A stretch of 42,313 nucleotides of DNA from Octopus bimaculoides (lineage: Eukaryota). The stretch spans positions 89,840,755 to 89,883,067 of the forward strand of contig NC_068981.1 in assembly GCF_001194135.2 (NCBI RefSeq), written 5' to 3'. The translations under genes were made by a program, and so were the position numbers. How positions within the stretch are numbered: position 1 is the stretch's first letter; each line of letters starts with the position of its first letter. Below the pieces are notes generated by a model. That model was not told where the DNA came from. It made no database searches and saw only the letters and a list, made by a program, of their open reading frames with translations. Below, one piece after another: positions 12,823-24,522 of the stretch.

Positions 12823-13032
12823 ATGATTTAGGCACAAGGTCAATAGTTTTGAAGGGAGTGGGTTAGTTCTTATCATCGGTTCCAGTATTTGACTGATTCT
12901 TTATTTTAGCGACCCAGGAGGGATTAAAGGTTGAGCTGAACTATACGCTATTTGAACTCAAAACGTAAAGAGTCGAAACAAATACTGCAAGTATTTTACC
13001 CAATGCTCTAACGATTCCACCTGCACGCCATC
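12823..13032 (-). mobile_element. SINE family A copy (reverse)
   Basis: Reverse complement reads GGAATCGTTAGAGC..AAATACTT..GAGTTCAAAT..GGGTCGCTAAAATAAAG..CCTTGTGCCTAAA. Confidence 0.8.
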
Positions 13033-13164
13033 TGCTGGAGAAAAATGTTGACTATATAGAACTGGACGAAAATTTTATTCTGAACTATATGTACATAAGT
13101 ATTTTGATTTTCTCAGTAATGTTATCAATGAAAACGTACACACGGCGAGGGAATCTTATCGCAT

Positions 13165-13240
13165 TTGCTCGACCTGCTGACTAGAAATAGCTATCAAATC
13201 TCATTTAAATTACCCCTTACTGGCTTTTTATAAACTAAGA
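13165..13240 (+). mobile_element. SINE-like family C 5' fragment
   Basis: CTCGACCTGCT..AGAAATAGCTATCAAATC matches AGAAATAGCAGCCAAATC at ~24254. Confidence 0.55.
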
Positions 13241-13432
13241 CTCATCGAATAACGCATTTTTATTATCACTAAGACACGCAAAATAAATAAATGAATGACA
13301 TATGATCACAGACTGCAACCCTATTGATCAGAAGTTTATTTATTTATTATTTAATTTGTACCTTAAGAAAGTCATTATGTCGATAATAAACACACGCACC
13401 GGTTCTATTGAACTTATTATTAGTCAGTTCAA

Positions 13433-13643
13433 CGCGGCAAGCTAACAGAATCGTTAGCACGAGGAGCACAATGCTTAGCGGCATTTCGTCCGTATTCTTG
13501 TACTGAGTTCAAATTCCGCCATGGTCGACTTTACTTTTCATCCTTTCTGGGTCGCTCAAATACGTACCACTGGGGTCGATGCAATCGTCTTACCCACTTT
13601 CCCGAAATTGCTGACCTTGTGCCAAAATTTGAAACCATTATTA
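13433..13643 (+). mobile_element. SINE family A copy
   Basis: CAGAATCGTTAGCACG..ATGCTTAGCGGCATTTCG..GAGTTCAAATTCCGCC..GGGGTCGATGCAATCG..CCTTGTGCCAAAA. Confidence 0.9.
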
Positions 13644-16409
13644 ACCAGTTTGTTAAGACATAACCAAGTAACTAATCGGTCGTTTTATTAATTGTTCGGT
13701 CAAGTAATCAATCAACCAAGCTTGTCCTTTCGTCGCCATCCGCGACCTCATCAAAGATATGCGCTCTCGACTCCAGGTCTACTTCAAGTTGTTATGTTGT
13801 TTGATTGTATCGTTTTGTTTTGTTTAGTGCTCACGTGGAGTTAAACAACAATATTTAGGCAGATAATACAAACTTAAATCGACCTACTTTCATTTTCAAG
13901 TAGGTTTTCGTGTTGGCTGATTTCACCACTTCTTTTAAAGTATTTATCTAAAATTACGAAATGTATTTTTGGCCGAAAAATTAATTTCGTGGCACGCACA
14001 ACTTTATAAGAACAACTTTGTATATCGACGGTGCGACTATCTGTGACAAAGGGATTCCTGTGTGTTTGACATTTATACTCGACTGACCTTCTTTTCTACT
14101 TTTATCCGTAAAATATATGGAATTTAATTGCATGCGAATTTTTCTGGTGTGTGTATGTATGCCTGCATATATGTGTGCGTGTGTGTCTCTGTGTGTGTCT
14201 GTGTGTATTTGTGTATCTATGTGTGTCTCTATGTGTGTGTTTGCGTGTGTCTTTGTGAGTGTGAGCGTGTTTTTGCGTGTATCCATATGAATGTGTTCAA
14301 CACGCGTTCACGACACATACACTAATAATGTATGCGTGGCGTTTGAATGTTTGCACGTTTGTTATGTGCATACATAAATGTAAATTATAAACACACGCAC
14401 ACGTGTATATATGTATACACATACACATTACTTGTTAGGTGTGCGTTTGTTTCAGATATCGAACGATTTCAAAGTGTAAATTTTTACTTCAACAAAGGAA
14501 GCAACTCTTTTTATACTTCTTTAAGTACAGGAGTCCTCGATAAGTCATTTGCCAAAAGTATGCCAAGAATCAAAGTTGTCAATAACCGATTCAGACTGCC
14601 AAATTATCTTGAGAATATTGTGCAGCATTCACGAAATTTAATTTTGAAATATTGCGACTAATGTTACATGTTCAAAGAGACTGGTTATTTTATTATTTGT
14701 TCAATATTCGTTTATCTTATAATTAGGTTTCTGCTCTTCAGTCTACTGTGAGAAGGAATGGAATGTTAATATTCAAGAAATGAAGGTAAAAGATATAAAA
14801 AAATGGTTCACAATCTTTTTTTACTTCGTGTCATACTGGCGCACGTCACATCGAGATAGTAGTGCCGACCTAAGGTATCGATACACTGCGTAGTTGTCCG
14901 GGGACCTGACGGGTCAGGGAATCCAATGCTAATACAAAAATACTGTGTATTTAGAAATAATATATTTCTAAATCTGTCAAGAGATATTTATGCAGTAGTG
15001 ATACGATGAAGTAGTTGAATGCTGTCAACTTAATGTGACAGGCCCCTGAAGGGAATAATACTACTGTTGGTTAGACCTAGGAAGCTGCACCGCCTNNNNN
15101 NNNNNNNNNNNNNNNNNNNNNNNNNNNNNNNNNNNNNNNNNNNNNNNNNNNNNNNNNNNNNNNNNNNNNNNNNNNNNNNNNNNNNNNNNNNNNNNNNNNN
15201 NNNNNNNNNNNNNNNNNNNNNNNNNNNNNNNNNNNNNNNNNNNNNNNNNNNNNNNNNNNNNNNNNNNNNNNNNNNNNNNNNNNNNNNNNNNNNNNNNNNN
15301 NNNNNNNNNNNNNNNNNNNNNNNNNNNNNNNNNNNNNNNNNNNNNNNNNNNNNNNNNNNNNNNNNNNNNNNNNNNNNNNNNNNNNNNNNNNNNNNNNNNN
15401 NNNNNNNNNNNNNNNNNNNNNNNNNNNNNNNNNNNNNNNNNNNNNNNNNNNNNNNNNNNNNNNNNNNNNNNNNNNNNNNNNNNNNNNNNNNNNNNNNNNN
15501 NNNNNNNNNNNNNNNNTGTGTGTGTGTGTGTGTGTGTCGATTTGTATCACCGAAAGTGGACAAAATTCATTAAATGAATTTAGCCAACTGATATGAAAAA
15601 TTAAAAATTTTTTATATCAATTTTATATATATTATATATTTGTAAATTTATTGTTCCGTTTGTATTGTGTCTCGGGCTTCAAACTTTTACAAATACATTC
15701 GTCTCTAAAGTCATTACTAAGTATATTGAGGTTAAGCAGTATTGATTAATCATCATTCTATTGCGATTGATTTCTTTTTTTATTTGTGCCGACAGAAATC
15801 TTCCATCCACGTTCTAATTAATGTCAAAATTGGCGTCATGTATATGGCAATTGTTTTAGTAATTTTTGTATGTGATCAGCCATTTCTGTGTCAATGACCA
15901 GGTTGTAGATGTAGAATGAAATATCTTTTGACGCATCAGGGTATATAGTACTATCACCAGAAAGTGTGACTATGACAGTGTATGAGTATTTTAAATGGTT
16001 ATCATCACTTTTCATGGTGTAATTGTTTCACTTTCTAAACAGAATCTTAGATCAAATCACTTGCCAAACATGTCCAAATCCGGCAGTATGAAAATCATTT
16101 TATTGAAACGAAATTTTTGAAACTGAGACATAACTTTGCATATAAAATACAAAACTTGCCCAAATAGTTTTTATTTTTATCCCTAAACCATCAATAAGGC
16201 TTTTATGTCTCTCTACTGAAAGCGTTTACTTTCGTTGTCGTTTTCTCTTCCTCATTCACCCAATGCTTTGTGAAACATAAAACTATTGATCAACTAATAA
16301 AACTCACAAATCACTTTTTTCTCCAGGTTATTACTCTAAACTTTCGAATTCTTTAGATATGCATGACGCTTTGTCAATCAATTTTCCAGACATTTCGTGC
16401 AACCTGTTC

Positions 16410-16451
<42 letters not shown>

Positions 16452-16474
16452 ATAATAATAATAATAATAATAAT

Positions 16475-16596
16475 GATCGCAAAACACTTTCAATACAGTA
16501 AACCATAAGAGTATCACAGCAAAGCACAGCACGTACCCAAGGCACACAGAGCTGCGATCGGTAGTGAAGTGAAAGCACGTTATAAAAATAAAACTA

Positions 16597-16656
<60 letters not shown>
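16475..16656 (+). mobile_element. 5'-truncated 3' end of a putative R4/Dong-like LINE with (AAT)n tail
   Basis: CGC AAA ACA CTT TCA ATA CAG TAA = RKTLSIQ* (like RLE-clade ILRKxL*), then ~100 bp UTR. (AAT)n on both sides (16448-16474 and 16600-16656). Confidence 0.6.
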
Positions 16657-17455
16657 NNNNNNNNNNNNNNNNNNNNNNNNNNNNNNNNNNNNNNNNNNNN
16701 NNNNNNNNNNNNNNNNNNNNNNNNNNNNNNNNNNNNNNNNNNNNNNNNNNNNNNNNNNNNNNNNNNNNNNNNNNNNNNNNNNNNNNNNNNNNNNNNNNNN
16801 NNNNNNNNNNNNNNNNNNNNNNNNNNNNNNNNNNNNNNNNNNNNNNNNNNNNNNNNNNNNNNNNNNNNNNNNNNNNNNNNNNNNNNNNNNNNNNNNNNNN
16901 NNNNNNNNNNNNNNNNNNNNNNNNNNNNNNNNNNNNNNNNNNNNNNNNNNNNNNNNNNNNNNNNNNNNNNNNNNNNNNNNNNNNNNNNNNNNNNNNNNNN
17001 NNNNNNNNNNNNNNNNNNNNNNNNNNNNNNNNNNNNNNNNNNNNNNNNNNNNNNNNNNNNNNNNNNNNNNNNNNNNNNNNNNNNNNNNNNNNNNNNNNNN
17101 NNNNNNNNNNNNNNNNNNNNNNNNNNNNNNNNNNNNNNNNNNNNNNNNNNNNNNNNNNNNNNNNNNNNNNNNNNNNNNNNNNNNNNNNNNNNNNNNNNNN
17201 NNNNNNNNNNNNNNNNNNNNNNNNNNNNNNNNNNNNNNNNNNNNNNNNNNNNNNNNNNNNNNNNNNNNNNNNNNNNNNNNNNNNNNNNNNNNNNNNNNNN
17301 NNNNNNNNNNNNNNNNNNNNNNNNNNNNNNNNNNNNNNNNNNNNNNNNNNNNNNNNNNNNNNNNNNNNNNNNNNNNNNNNNNNNNNNNNNNNNNNNNNNN
17401 NNNNNNNNNNNNNNNNNNNNNNNNNNNNNNNNNNNNNNNNNNNNNNNNNNNNNNN

Positions 17456-17497
<42 letters not shown>

Positions 17498-17529
17498 TGT
17501 GTGTTGTGTTATAACTGATTTATCTTCAC

Positions 17530-18215
17530 AGATGATTGTCGTCTCTGAGCTTACTCTTCGTTGTCAATGCCATTTTTGACATTTTGTCTATGACGTCGTA
17601 GATGACTATTCAGTCTCGCTGCAGATCTACATGTTTTGAAGCCTCAGTGTGTGACGAAAGTCGTGACGAAAGTCGTGACGAAAGTCGTGACTTCCATTGG
17701 ATTTAGTGGATCACTTTGTGAGAAATGAACCCTGTGAACCTCCATGTCTCTTCAGACTTGAAATTGATTTGCAAGGTTTTTCACATGCTACCCACATCGA
17801 ATCACCTGGCCTAGGAGGAAAGTTATTGCATACAATTGATCTTTCATAAGATTTCAGATAGTTGACATACCCAGCCTTGGAAAGGAGTACGCGGTCACAT
17901 GCTTCACACTTTCAACATTTTATGTTCCCACTGAGAGTCTGATGACAGCCCCTCCAAAACCAGTGCTTTAGGCCTTCGAGCTCAAGGCGACCCTCTTCAA
18001 AGATTTACCACCTTCTCTTATACTCTTTCTCCACTCAGCTCTTTCTGAAACTAATTCTTCTCAGTTTCTTGAGGTTGCCTTTTATGCAGTCTTTGTATCT
18101 TTTTGTGGTTTGCGATGACAAGGCTTTCCAGTACACAGCTCACCGTATAGTAGCTGCTTTGAAATCCTACAATCTTCCATACGGAGAATATGGCCCGCCC
18201 AACGCATCTGAGTAG
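17530..18215 (-). mobile_element. BovB-like RTE LINE 3' end (C-terminal domain with C2H2-like zinc fingers), degenerate
   Basis: QMRWAGHILRMEDCRISKQLLYGEL..(R)YKDCIKGNLKK, then CEACDRVLLSKAGYVNY, CEKPCKSISSLKRH and KTCRSAARLNSHLRRH. Confidence 0.9.
17651..17691. repeat. 12-bp tandem repeat GTGACGAAAGTC x3.4
   Basis: Exact units at 17651, 17663 and 17675 plus a partial unit. Confidence 0.95.
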
Positions 18216-18222
18216 ATATGAT

Positions 18223-18434
18223 GGGTGATTGAAGGCAGAACCGTTACCACACCGGACAAAATGCTTAGCGGCATTTCCTCCGGCTTTCTGTTCTGAGTTG
18301 AGTTCCAATTCCAAAGAGGCTGGCTTTGCCTTTCATCATTTCGCCTTCGATGAAATAAGTATCAGCTAAGTACTAGGTGGAAGTAATTGCCGACCAGGTT
18401 CTAGATCTTGTGTCTATAGCAGAGAGAATTATTA
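18223..18434 (+). mobile_element. SINE family A copy
   Basis: GGCAGAACCGTTACCACACCGGACAAAATGCTTAGCGGCATTTC..TTTGCCTTTCATC..CTTGTGTCTATAG. Confidence 0.85.
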
Positions 18435-19071
18435 GTATGATCACAATCATGATCACATTTATCATTATCGTTGTATCTTACCTAGTTTAATGAATATCGC
18501 TCCTGTTTCGAGTTAAGATGTGTAATCTCTTTAATACAAGTTAGATACTTTATTTCTGTCTTGTATTGGATATGTGCTACATATAAAGCTGGGAAGTTAA
18601 GTGGAAAAACATTTTTAGATATAACTACTTTTTAATTTTTTATTTGTCTGCATTCGCTAGAGAAAGCTATGGGACTGTGGCAACGTACCCCTCGAAGGAA
18701 ATAACTTAAAATCAATAAATCTGCACAGAAACCAAAGAAAAATAGAAAGAACAAGAATATCTAATTGCATCGCACGCGCGTGCGTACACACACGCAATTT
18801 GAAAAGAGAAAAGAGAAATGACATCTCCATGAACAATGACACAAGTGCGAAGAAAACTCCATGCACTTTTGGCAAGAAGAACAGCAGCAACAATAACGAC
18901 GTCATCGTTACTCACACATCATTTGTACGAACGAAAGTATTTTAGATAACATTAATAGCAATAGACACACTAAGAAGCAGGTTCAGGAGATGGAATGAGT
19001 TCAGTCATAATAGGAGAAGCGGCAGCAAACAGCATATCTCAAAGATTGCGTCTGCATGCCTTATGAATTTA

Positions 19072-19138
19072 TCGATGTAATCGACTTAGCCCTTCCCCGA
19101 AACTGCTGGCATTCTGACAAAATTTGAAATCATTATCA
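19072..19138 (+). mobile_element. SINE family A 3' fragment
   Basis: TCGATGTAATCGACTTAGCCCTTCCCCGAAA..AAAATTTGAAATCATTAT, as in the 3' end of 13433-13643. Confidence 0.65.
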
Positions 19139-19141
19139 TCA

Positions 19142-19372
19142 TTTCTTTTTCTTTCTAACTCAGGTTTTTTGTTGGAACTCCTGGTGTCTTGCATGTATAA
19201 CGACCTTGATAACTGCAGCCTACAATACCATGCAATCTGTTCTTTTCAACTAATACTTTCCTGATTATTCTGGCGCTGTCAAGGAGGCAAACCTCTTGTG
19301 ACAGTTCTACTGGACACTCTATTCTAATTTCCGTTTTATTCCTCTTGATACCTTCTGATACAGTCTCACACC
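19142..19372 (-). mobile_element. R4/Dong-like (RLE clade) LINE C-terminal remnant
   Basis: Minus strand reads ETVSEGIKRNKTEIRIECPVELSQEVCLLDSARIIRKVL (cf. GTVSKxL....I...ELLQKxxLLGTARIIRKVL). ATT/ATC-rich sequence on both flanks. Confidence 0.6.
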
Positions 19373-19572
19373 ATAATCATCAAAATCATTATTATTATCA
19401 TCATACTTATTATTATTTTTTCTCTTAGTATCGTATACTATGTACACTTCCCTTTTAATGTACACCGTGTATACTTTACCTTCCATTTTTTATCATTCCA
19501 TTATATATAAACTCCCACACTTTATGTCTGTCTTTGTATTGTCCCCGTCATCCTCGTGGAAAATAAAAGAAA

Positions 19573-19836
19573 GGCGAGCTGGCAGATTCGTTAGCACGCT
19601 GGACGAAATGCTTAGCGGTATTTTGCCCGTCGCTACGTTCTGAGTTCAAAATTCCACCGAGGTCGACTTTGCCTTTCATCCTTTCGTGGTCGATAAATTA
19701 AGTACCAGTGAAATTCAGGGGTTGATGAAATCGACTAGTCCCCTCCCCCAAAGCTTCGGGCCTTGTGCCTATAATAGAAAGGATTGTTGTTGCTTCTGCT
19801 GCTACTGCTGTTGATGTTGTTGTCTTTGTTGTTGTT
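19573..19836 (+). mobile_element. SINE family A, most intact copy, with (GTT/GCT)n tail
   Basis: A-box TGGCAGATTCG, B-box GAGTTCAAAATTCC, core GCCTTTCATCCTTTCGTGGTCGATAAATTAAGTACCAG and 3' CCTTGTGCCTATAATAGAAAGGATT. Confidence 0.95.
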
Positions 19837-20497
19837 ACCATCTGTAGCAACTTTACTTGCCATTGGAAGAAATGTAGAAATTGCAATGCAATATTTGATT
19901 ACGATTATTTACGTCCTGAGTCACACGGATATGGATTTGGCCTTTCATTTTCAACTGGGACCAAATGTAGTAACGTCTCTAGAGTTCCGAGCAGAAACTC
20001 CACCGAGGAGTTGAATGATAAAAGGTTTCGTTTCAACCATCAGATCGAGATAAATTAAAACTCTGCAAATTCCAAAATAACTTAAACTTCCAAACAAATC
20101 ACTTTTGCACTACATATACTACATATTCAGAAATTTCCCCAGGACTCTGCAGATTTTCCCCCTTTTGATATGTATCCAGATGCATACAGAAATTCACCAT
20201 TTCTGCAACTACTATTGTACATTATCATCGTACAAGTAATTCAGTGCAAAATACGCTCGATCAATAGACATTTCAGCAATATACACTAGGACGCAATTTG
20301 AAAATAAAAAGAAATAACGATGCTTTTGATAAACCTTCGTCTGGTTTGATCTAACTTACAGCTCTAAGATATTTTCTTGTCTTCAAAGAACAACATTTGA
20401 CCCGAGTACAATAGCTTATCTAAAGTAACATAATTAAAAAGAAATAAACAAACAGTTCGAAAAGTAAAGATAGCAATAGCGAATATTTTCTTTCACC

Positions 20498-20565
<68 letters not shown>

Positions 20566-21360
20566 NNNNNNNNNNNNNNNNNNNNNNNNNNNNNNNNNNN
20601 NNNNNNNNNNNNNNNNNNNNNNNNNNNNNNNNNNNNNNNNNNNNNNNNNNNNNNNNNNNNNNNNNNNNNNNNNNNNNNNNNNNNNNNNNNNNNNNNNNNN
20701 NNNNNNNNNNNNNNNNNNNNNNNNNNNNNNNNNNNNNNNNNNNNNNNNNNNNNNNNNNNNNNNNNNNNNNNNNNNNNNNNNNNNNNNNNNNNNNNNNNNN
20801 NNNNNNNNNNNNNNNNNNNNNNNNNNNNNNNNNNNNNNNNNNNNNNNNNNNNNNNNNNNNNNNNNNNNNNNNNNNNNNNNNNNNNNNNNNNNNNNNNNNN
20901 NNNNNNNNNNNNNNNNNNNNNNNNNNNNNNNNNNNNNNNNNNNNNNNNNNNNNNNNNNNNNNNNNNNNNNNNNNNNNNNNNNNNNNNNNNNNNNNNNNNN
21001 NNNNNNNNNNNNNNNNNNNNNNNNNNNNNNNNNNNNNNNNNNNNNNNNNNNNNNNNNNNNNNNNNNNNNNNNNNNNNNNNNNNNNNNNNNNNNNNNNNNN
21101 NNNNNNNNNNNNNNNNNNNNNNNNNNNNNNNNNNNNNNNNNNNNNNNNNNNNNNNNNNNNNNNNNNNNNNNNNNNNNNNNNNNNNNNNNNNNNNNNNNNN
21201 NNNNNNNNNNNNNNNNNNNNNNNNNNNNNNNNNNNNNNNNNNNNNNNNNNNNNNNNNNNNNNNNNNNNNNNNNNNNNNNNNNNNNNNNNNNNNNNNNNNN
21301 NNNNNNNNNNNNNNNNNNNNNNNNNNNNNNNNNNNNNNNNNNNNNNNNNNNNNNNNNNNN

Positions 21361-21585
21361 CTCTCTTTATCTCTCTCTCTCTCTCTCTCTCCTATCTTCT
21401 CGCTCTGCTCTCCTCCCTTCTCTCTCTCCTCCCTTCTCTCTCTCTCCTCCCTTCTCTCTCTCCTCCCTTCTCTCTCTCCTCCCTTCTCTCTCTCCTCCAT
21501 TCTCTCTCTCCTCCCTTCTCTCTCTCCTCACTTCTCTCTCTCTCCTCTTTTGCCTCTCTCTCTCTCTCTCTCCCTTTTCTCTTTT
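21361..21585. repeat. (CT)-rich polypyrimidine tract with higher-order CTCCCTTCTCTCTCT(C) units
   Basis: Near-pure C/T on the + strand with recurring 16-19 nt units. Confidence 0.95.
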
Positions 21586-22544
21586 TATGGTTAAAAAGTA
21601 CATCTAGCTTGATTCTCGCAAATAATGATATTCGTTTCCACACTGAAGAGATCCAGCGAATATCGAAATACGAATATGAGATTGGAATTTTATGGGGTTT
21701 TATTATCATCTTTATTACCAAGAAATAAATGGATTGAATACTACTGCACAATTGAGTTTAATTATTATTGCTATAAAGTAACCGAGTAGGAAATAGTTTC
21801 TCCCCTCATAAAAAATGTAAGGGATGGATCAATAAATTGGCATGCATACATGTGTGTGTGTGTGTGTGTTTGTGTGCGGGCTTGTGTCTGAGATTATGAG
21901 TGGCTCTTTAAATATGTATGTCTGGAAACGTGTATGCGTACCAGGAAATAATCACATATGCATACATACGTACATATATATATANNNNNNNNNNNNNNNN
22001 NNNNNNNNNNNNNNNNNNNNNNNNNNNNNNNNNNNNNNNNNNNNNNNNNNNNNNNNNNNNNNNNNNNNNNNNNNNNNNNNNNNNNNNNNNNNNNNNNNNN
22101 NNNNNNNNNNNNNNNNNNNNNNNNNNNNNNNNNNNNNNNNNNNNNNNNNNNNNNNNNNNAACGGAGATTTTCCACATCTATAATTTTATTTAACAGTTAT
22201 TTACAGCATTCTTTTGTTACTTACGCGCATTCTCTTGATTATTATTAATACTATTACTTACTCTACGGAAACTATGGACTCCTGAGGAGGACACTCGAAT
22301 TTATCAAGCGAGAAAAATTACCAGAGCCTAGCAGCTTAATGCTAACTCGGATATCACCAACATTCTCCGTGGTTAGCCGGCATACAAAACCGATTTAAGA
22401 GGAAACACGGTAACCGCCAGGACTACATATCCTTTTCGAATCATTTTTGGATATATATATATATATATATATATTACATTCTCGAGCATGTCCTTTCTTT
22501 TTAAGTCAGGAGCATGTGAGATTTGAAGAAGAGTTGACTGATCA

Positions 22545-22915
22545 TTGTTAGCTTGAATTGACTTATATCGGAAACCTTCCAACCGTGGCTACCCGTCCTT
22601 TAACATATTGTGCACAATATTCCCTAAAGTGCCCATAATGTTAGGACAATAGCACGTGGTTTCTGAGAGGTGGGGTTACTAGCTACTATTTCTAGCCAGG
22701 CTCACTTACTACTTAGAGACGCCTTTAGTTGTTTAGTCCTGATTAGCTCTGGTCGAGCCGATCTCTGGTAAAAAGTATTCCAAGCGTGACCAACCTGTAG
22801 GTTTTGTATATCATGGAATAAATTACCTAGTGTTTCCTTCCATGTTAAGAACGTAAAGTGTGTGATTTGAGGAAATATTAATTTAGAATTGGTATTGCTA
22901 TTGGTTATCGATTAT
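22545..22915 (-). mobile_element. Two tandem SINE-like family C copies (~22545-22720 and ~22725-22915)
   Basis: Both carry TTCCAA(C/G)CGTG(G/A)C; GCTACTATTTCTAG and GTGTGATTTGAGG..TGCTATT are reverse complements of the family C 5' motif. Confidence 0.6.
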
Positions 22916-22934
22916 CACTTATTAACCACCGCAT

Positions 22935-23105
22935 GGCAGCAAGCTGGCGGAATTGTCAGCTCAGAGAGCGAAATGCTTAACAACATTTCGTCGATCCTGA
23001 TTTCAAATTCCGTCGAGACTGATTTTGCCTTTCATCCATTGAGGGTCAATAAAGTTAGTACCAGTTGTGTACTGGAGTGGATGTAATTGAATTAACTTCT
23101 CCTGG
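22935..23105 (+). mobile_element. SINE family A copy
   Basis: GCAAGCTGGCGGAATTGTCAGC..GAAATGCTTA..TTTGCCTTTCATCC..AGTACCAG. Confidence 0.85.
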
Positions 23106-23484
23106 GTAAGAATTTAAAAACTGTATCCCTCTGCCTAGTCATGTCGGGTTGGCAGAGAAGTATAGGCTAGACTCATCAAATCAGCATGATCTGAAGCTCG
23201 AATTAACGGCCTTCCTCATTTGTTCCGCGGTTAGTGGTGAGAACATGCTGAGATCTACGTCCTGCAGTGGATTGTATAAAGCCAGTCCAAATCACTACAT
23301 GTGCAACCTATTTATATAGATGGATACACACACAAATACATACATACATGCATACATACATACATGCATACATACATACATACATACATACATACATACA
23401 TACATACATACATACATACACATATACACACACACAGGTGACGCTTTAGTTTGCGGGAATATGTTTATAATTTTATTCTTATTA

Positions 23485-23710
23485 AGGCAACGAGCTGGAA
23501 GAATCGATGGCACGCCAGACGAAATGCTTAGCGGCATATCTTCTTGGTCTTCACGTTCTGAGTCCAAATCCCGCCGATGTTGACTTTGCCTTTCATCCTT
23601 TAAGAGCAACCAAAGTAGGTACCAGTCGAGCAATAGGGTCAATGTGAACAGACTTCCTCTTCCCCTCAAATACATAAAATGCTGGTCTTGTGCTAAAATT
23701 AGAAAAATTG
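23485..23710 (+). mobile_element. SINE family A copy
   Basis: CGAGCTGGAAGAATCG..GACGAAATGCTTAGCGGCAT..GAGTCCAAATCCCGCC..CTTGTGCTAAAATTAGAAA. Confidence 0.9.
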
Positions 23711-24234
23711 CGTTATTCTATCTACGAATGCCGGTGAATGACATAAATTGACAAATCATTGATGTTTGGCAACGTTCTGAAACGAAATCTTGTCAGTATG
23801 ATTTCGCTTTTTATTCTTCCGCCATCGACATGATAGCATAATAAAATAAGCAGATAAGTCGACTACATCACCCCCACAAACTGATGCTTGGGCGGCAAAA
23901 TTAGAATTCAATGTTTTTCTTAGTTATAAAAAAAGTGAATTCAAAGATTTAGTATGCTTCGGGTTTTTTTTCCCCTTCGAGTTTGTAAGAGTTTCATAAT
24001 ACGTATCAATGTATATGTAGGTGTGTGTTTATATGTTTATATCTGACAAGAATAATTGATCTATTTTTCTTAGCAGAAGGTGGGCTGAACGCATGATAAA
24101 TTTTTACATTCTGTTACTGAGATGAGAGTAGGCGTCCTTTCTTCTGCGTCATATGTTATATGATCAACCTCATTATTCTGAAGTTTCAATTCTATCAAAA
24201 CAACAGCCACAAGAATCAGTCAAATCGATTTGAT

Positions 24235-24395
24235 GCAGCGATTCGGTCTCCAAGAAATAGCAGCCAAATCACCTTGAAAACACAACCTGCTTTTTAAAAA
24301 CACGAAAGGAGCATCATGATTGTGACTGAAAAAATAGACGAGACTGTCACAGCTGGACTCCTTTGAACACAGTTCTGTTTGATAATACTTAGAAC
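24235..24395 (+). mobile_element. SINE-like family C copy
   Basis: AGAAATAGCAGCCAAATCACC..GTCACAGCTGGA..CCTTTGA. Confidence 0.6.
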
Positions 24396-24399
24396 AAAA

Positions 24400-24400
<1 letters not shown>

Positions 24401-24436
<36 letters not shown>

Positions 24437-24520
24437 TTTAATAATAACAACAACAACAACAACAACAACAACAGCAACAACAACAACAACAACAATAATA
24501 ACAATAATAATAATAATAAT
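24401..24520. repeat. Compound trinucleotide microsatellite (ATT)n-(AAT)n-(CAA)n-(AAT)n
   Basis: Read directly; ATT switches to its reverse complement AAT at ~24436-24440. Confidence 0.98.
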
Positions 24521-24522
24521 TA

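Noticed and set aside
14440-14661. Possible terminal exon after TTGTTTCAG
   Set aside because: No recognisable protein. The minus strand instead weakly resembles an RTE linker (LHNILKIIWQSESV, TYRG), too faint to call either way.
17651-17691. Short repeat arrays (also 37002-37080) as CRISPR-like
   Set aside because: The units are contiguous with no spacers, and the context is eukaryotic.
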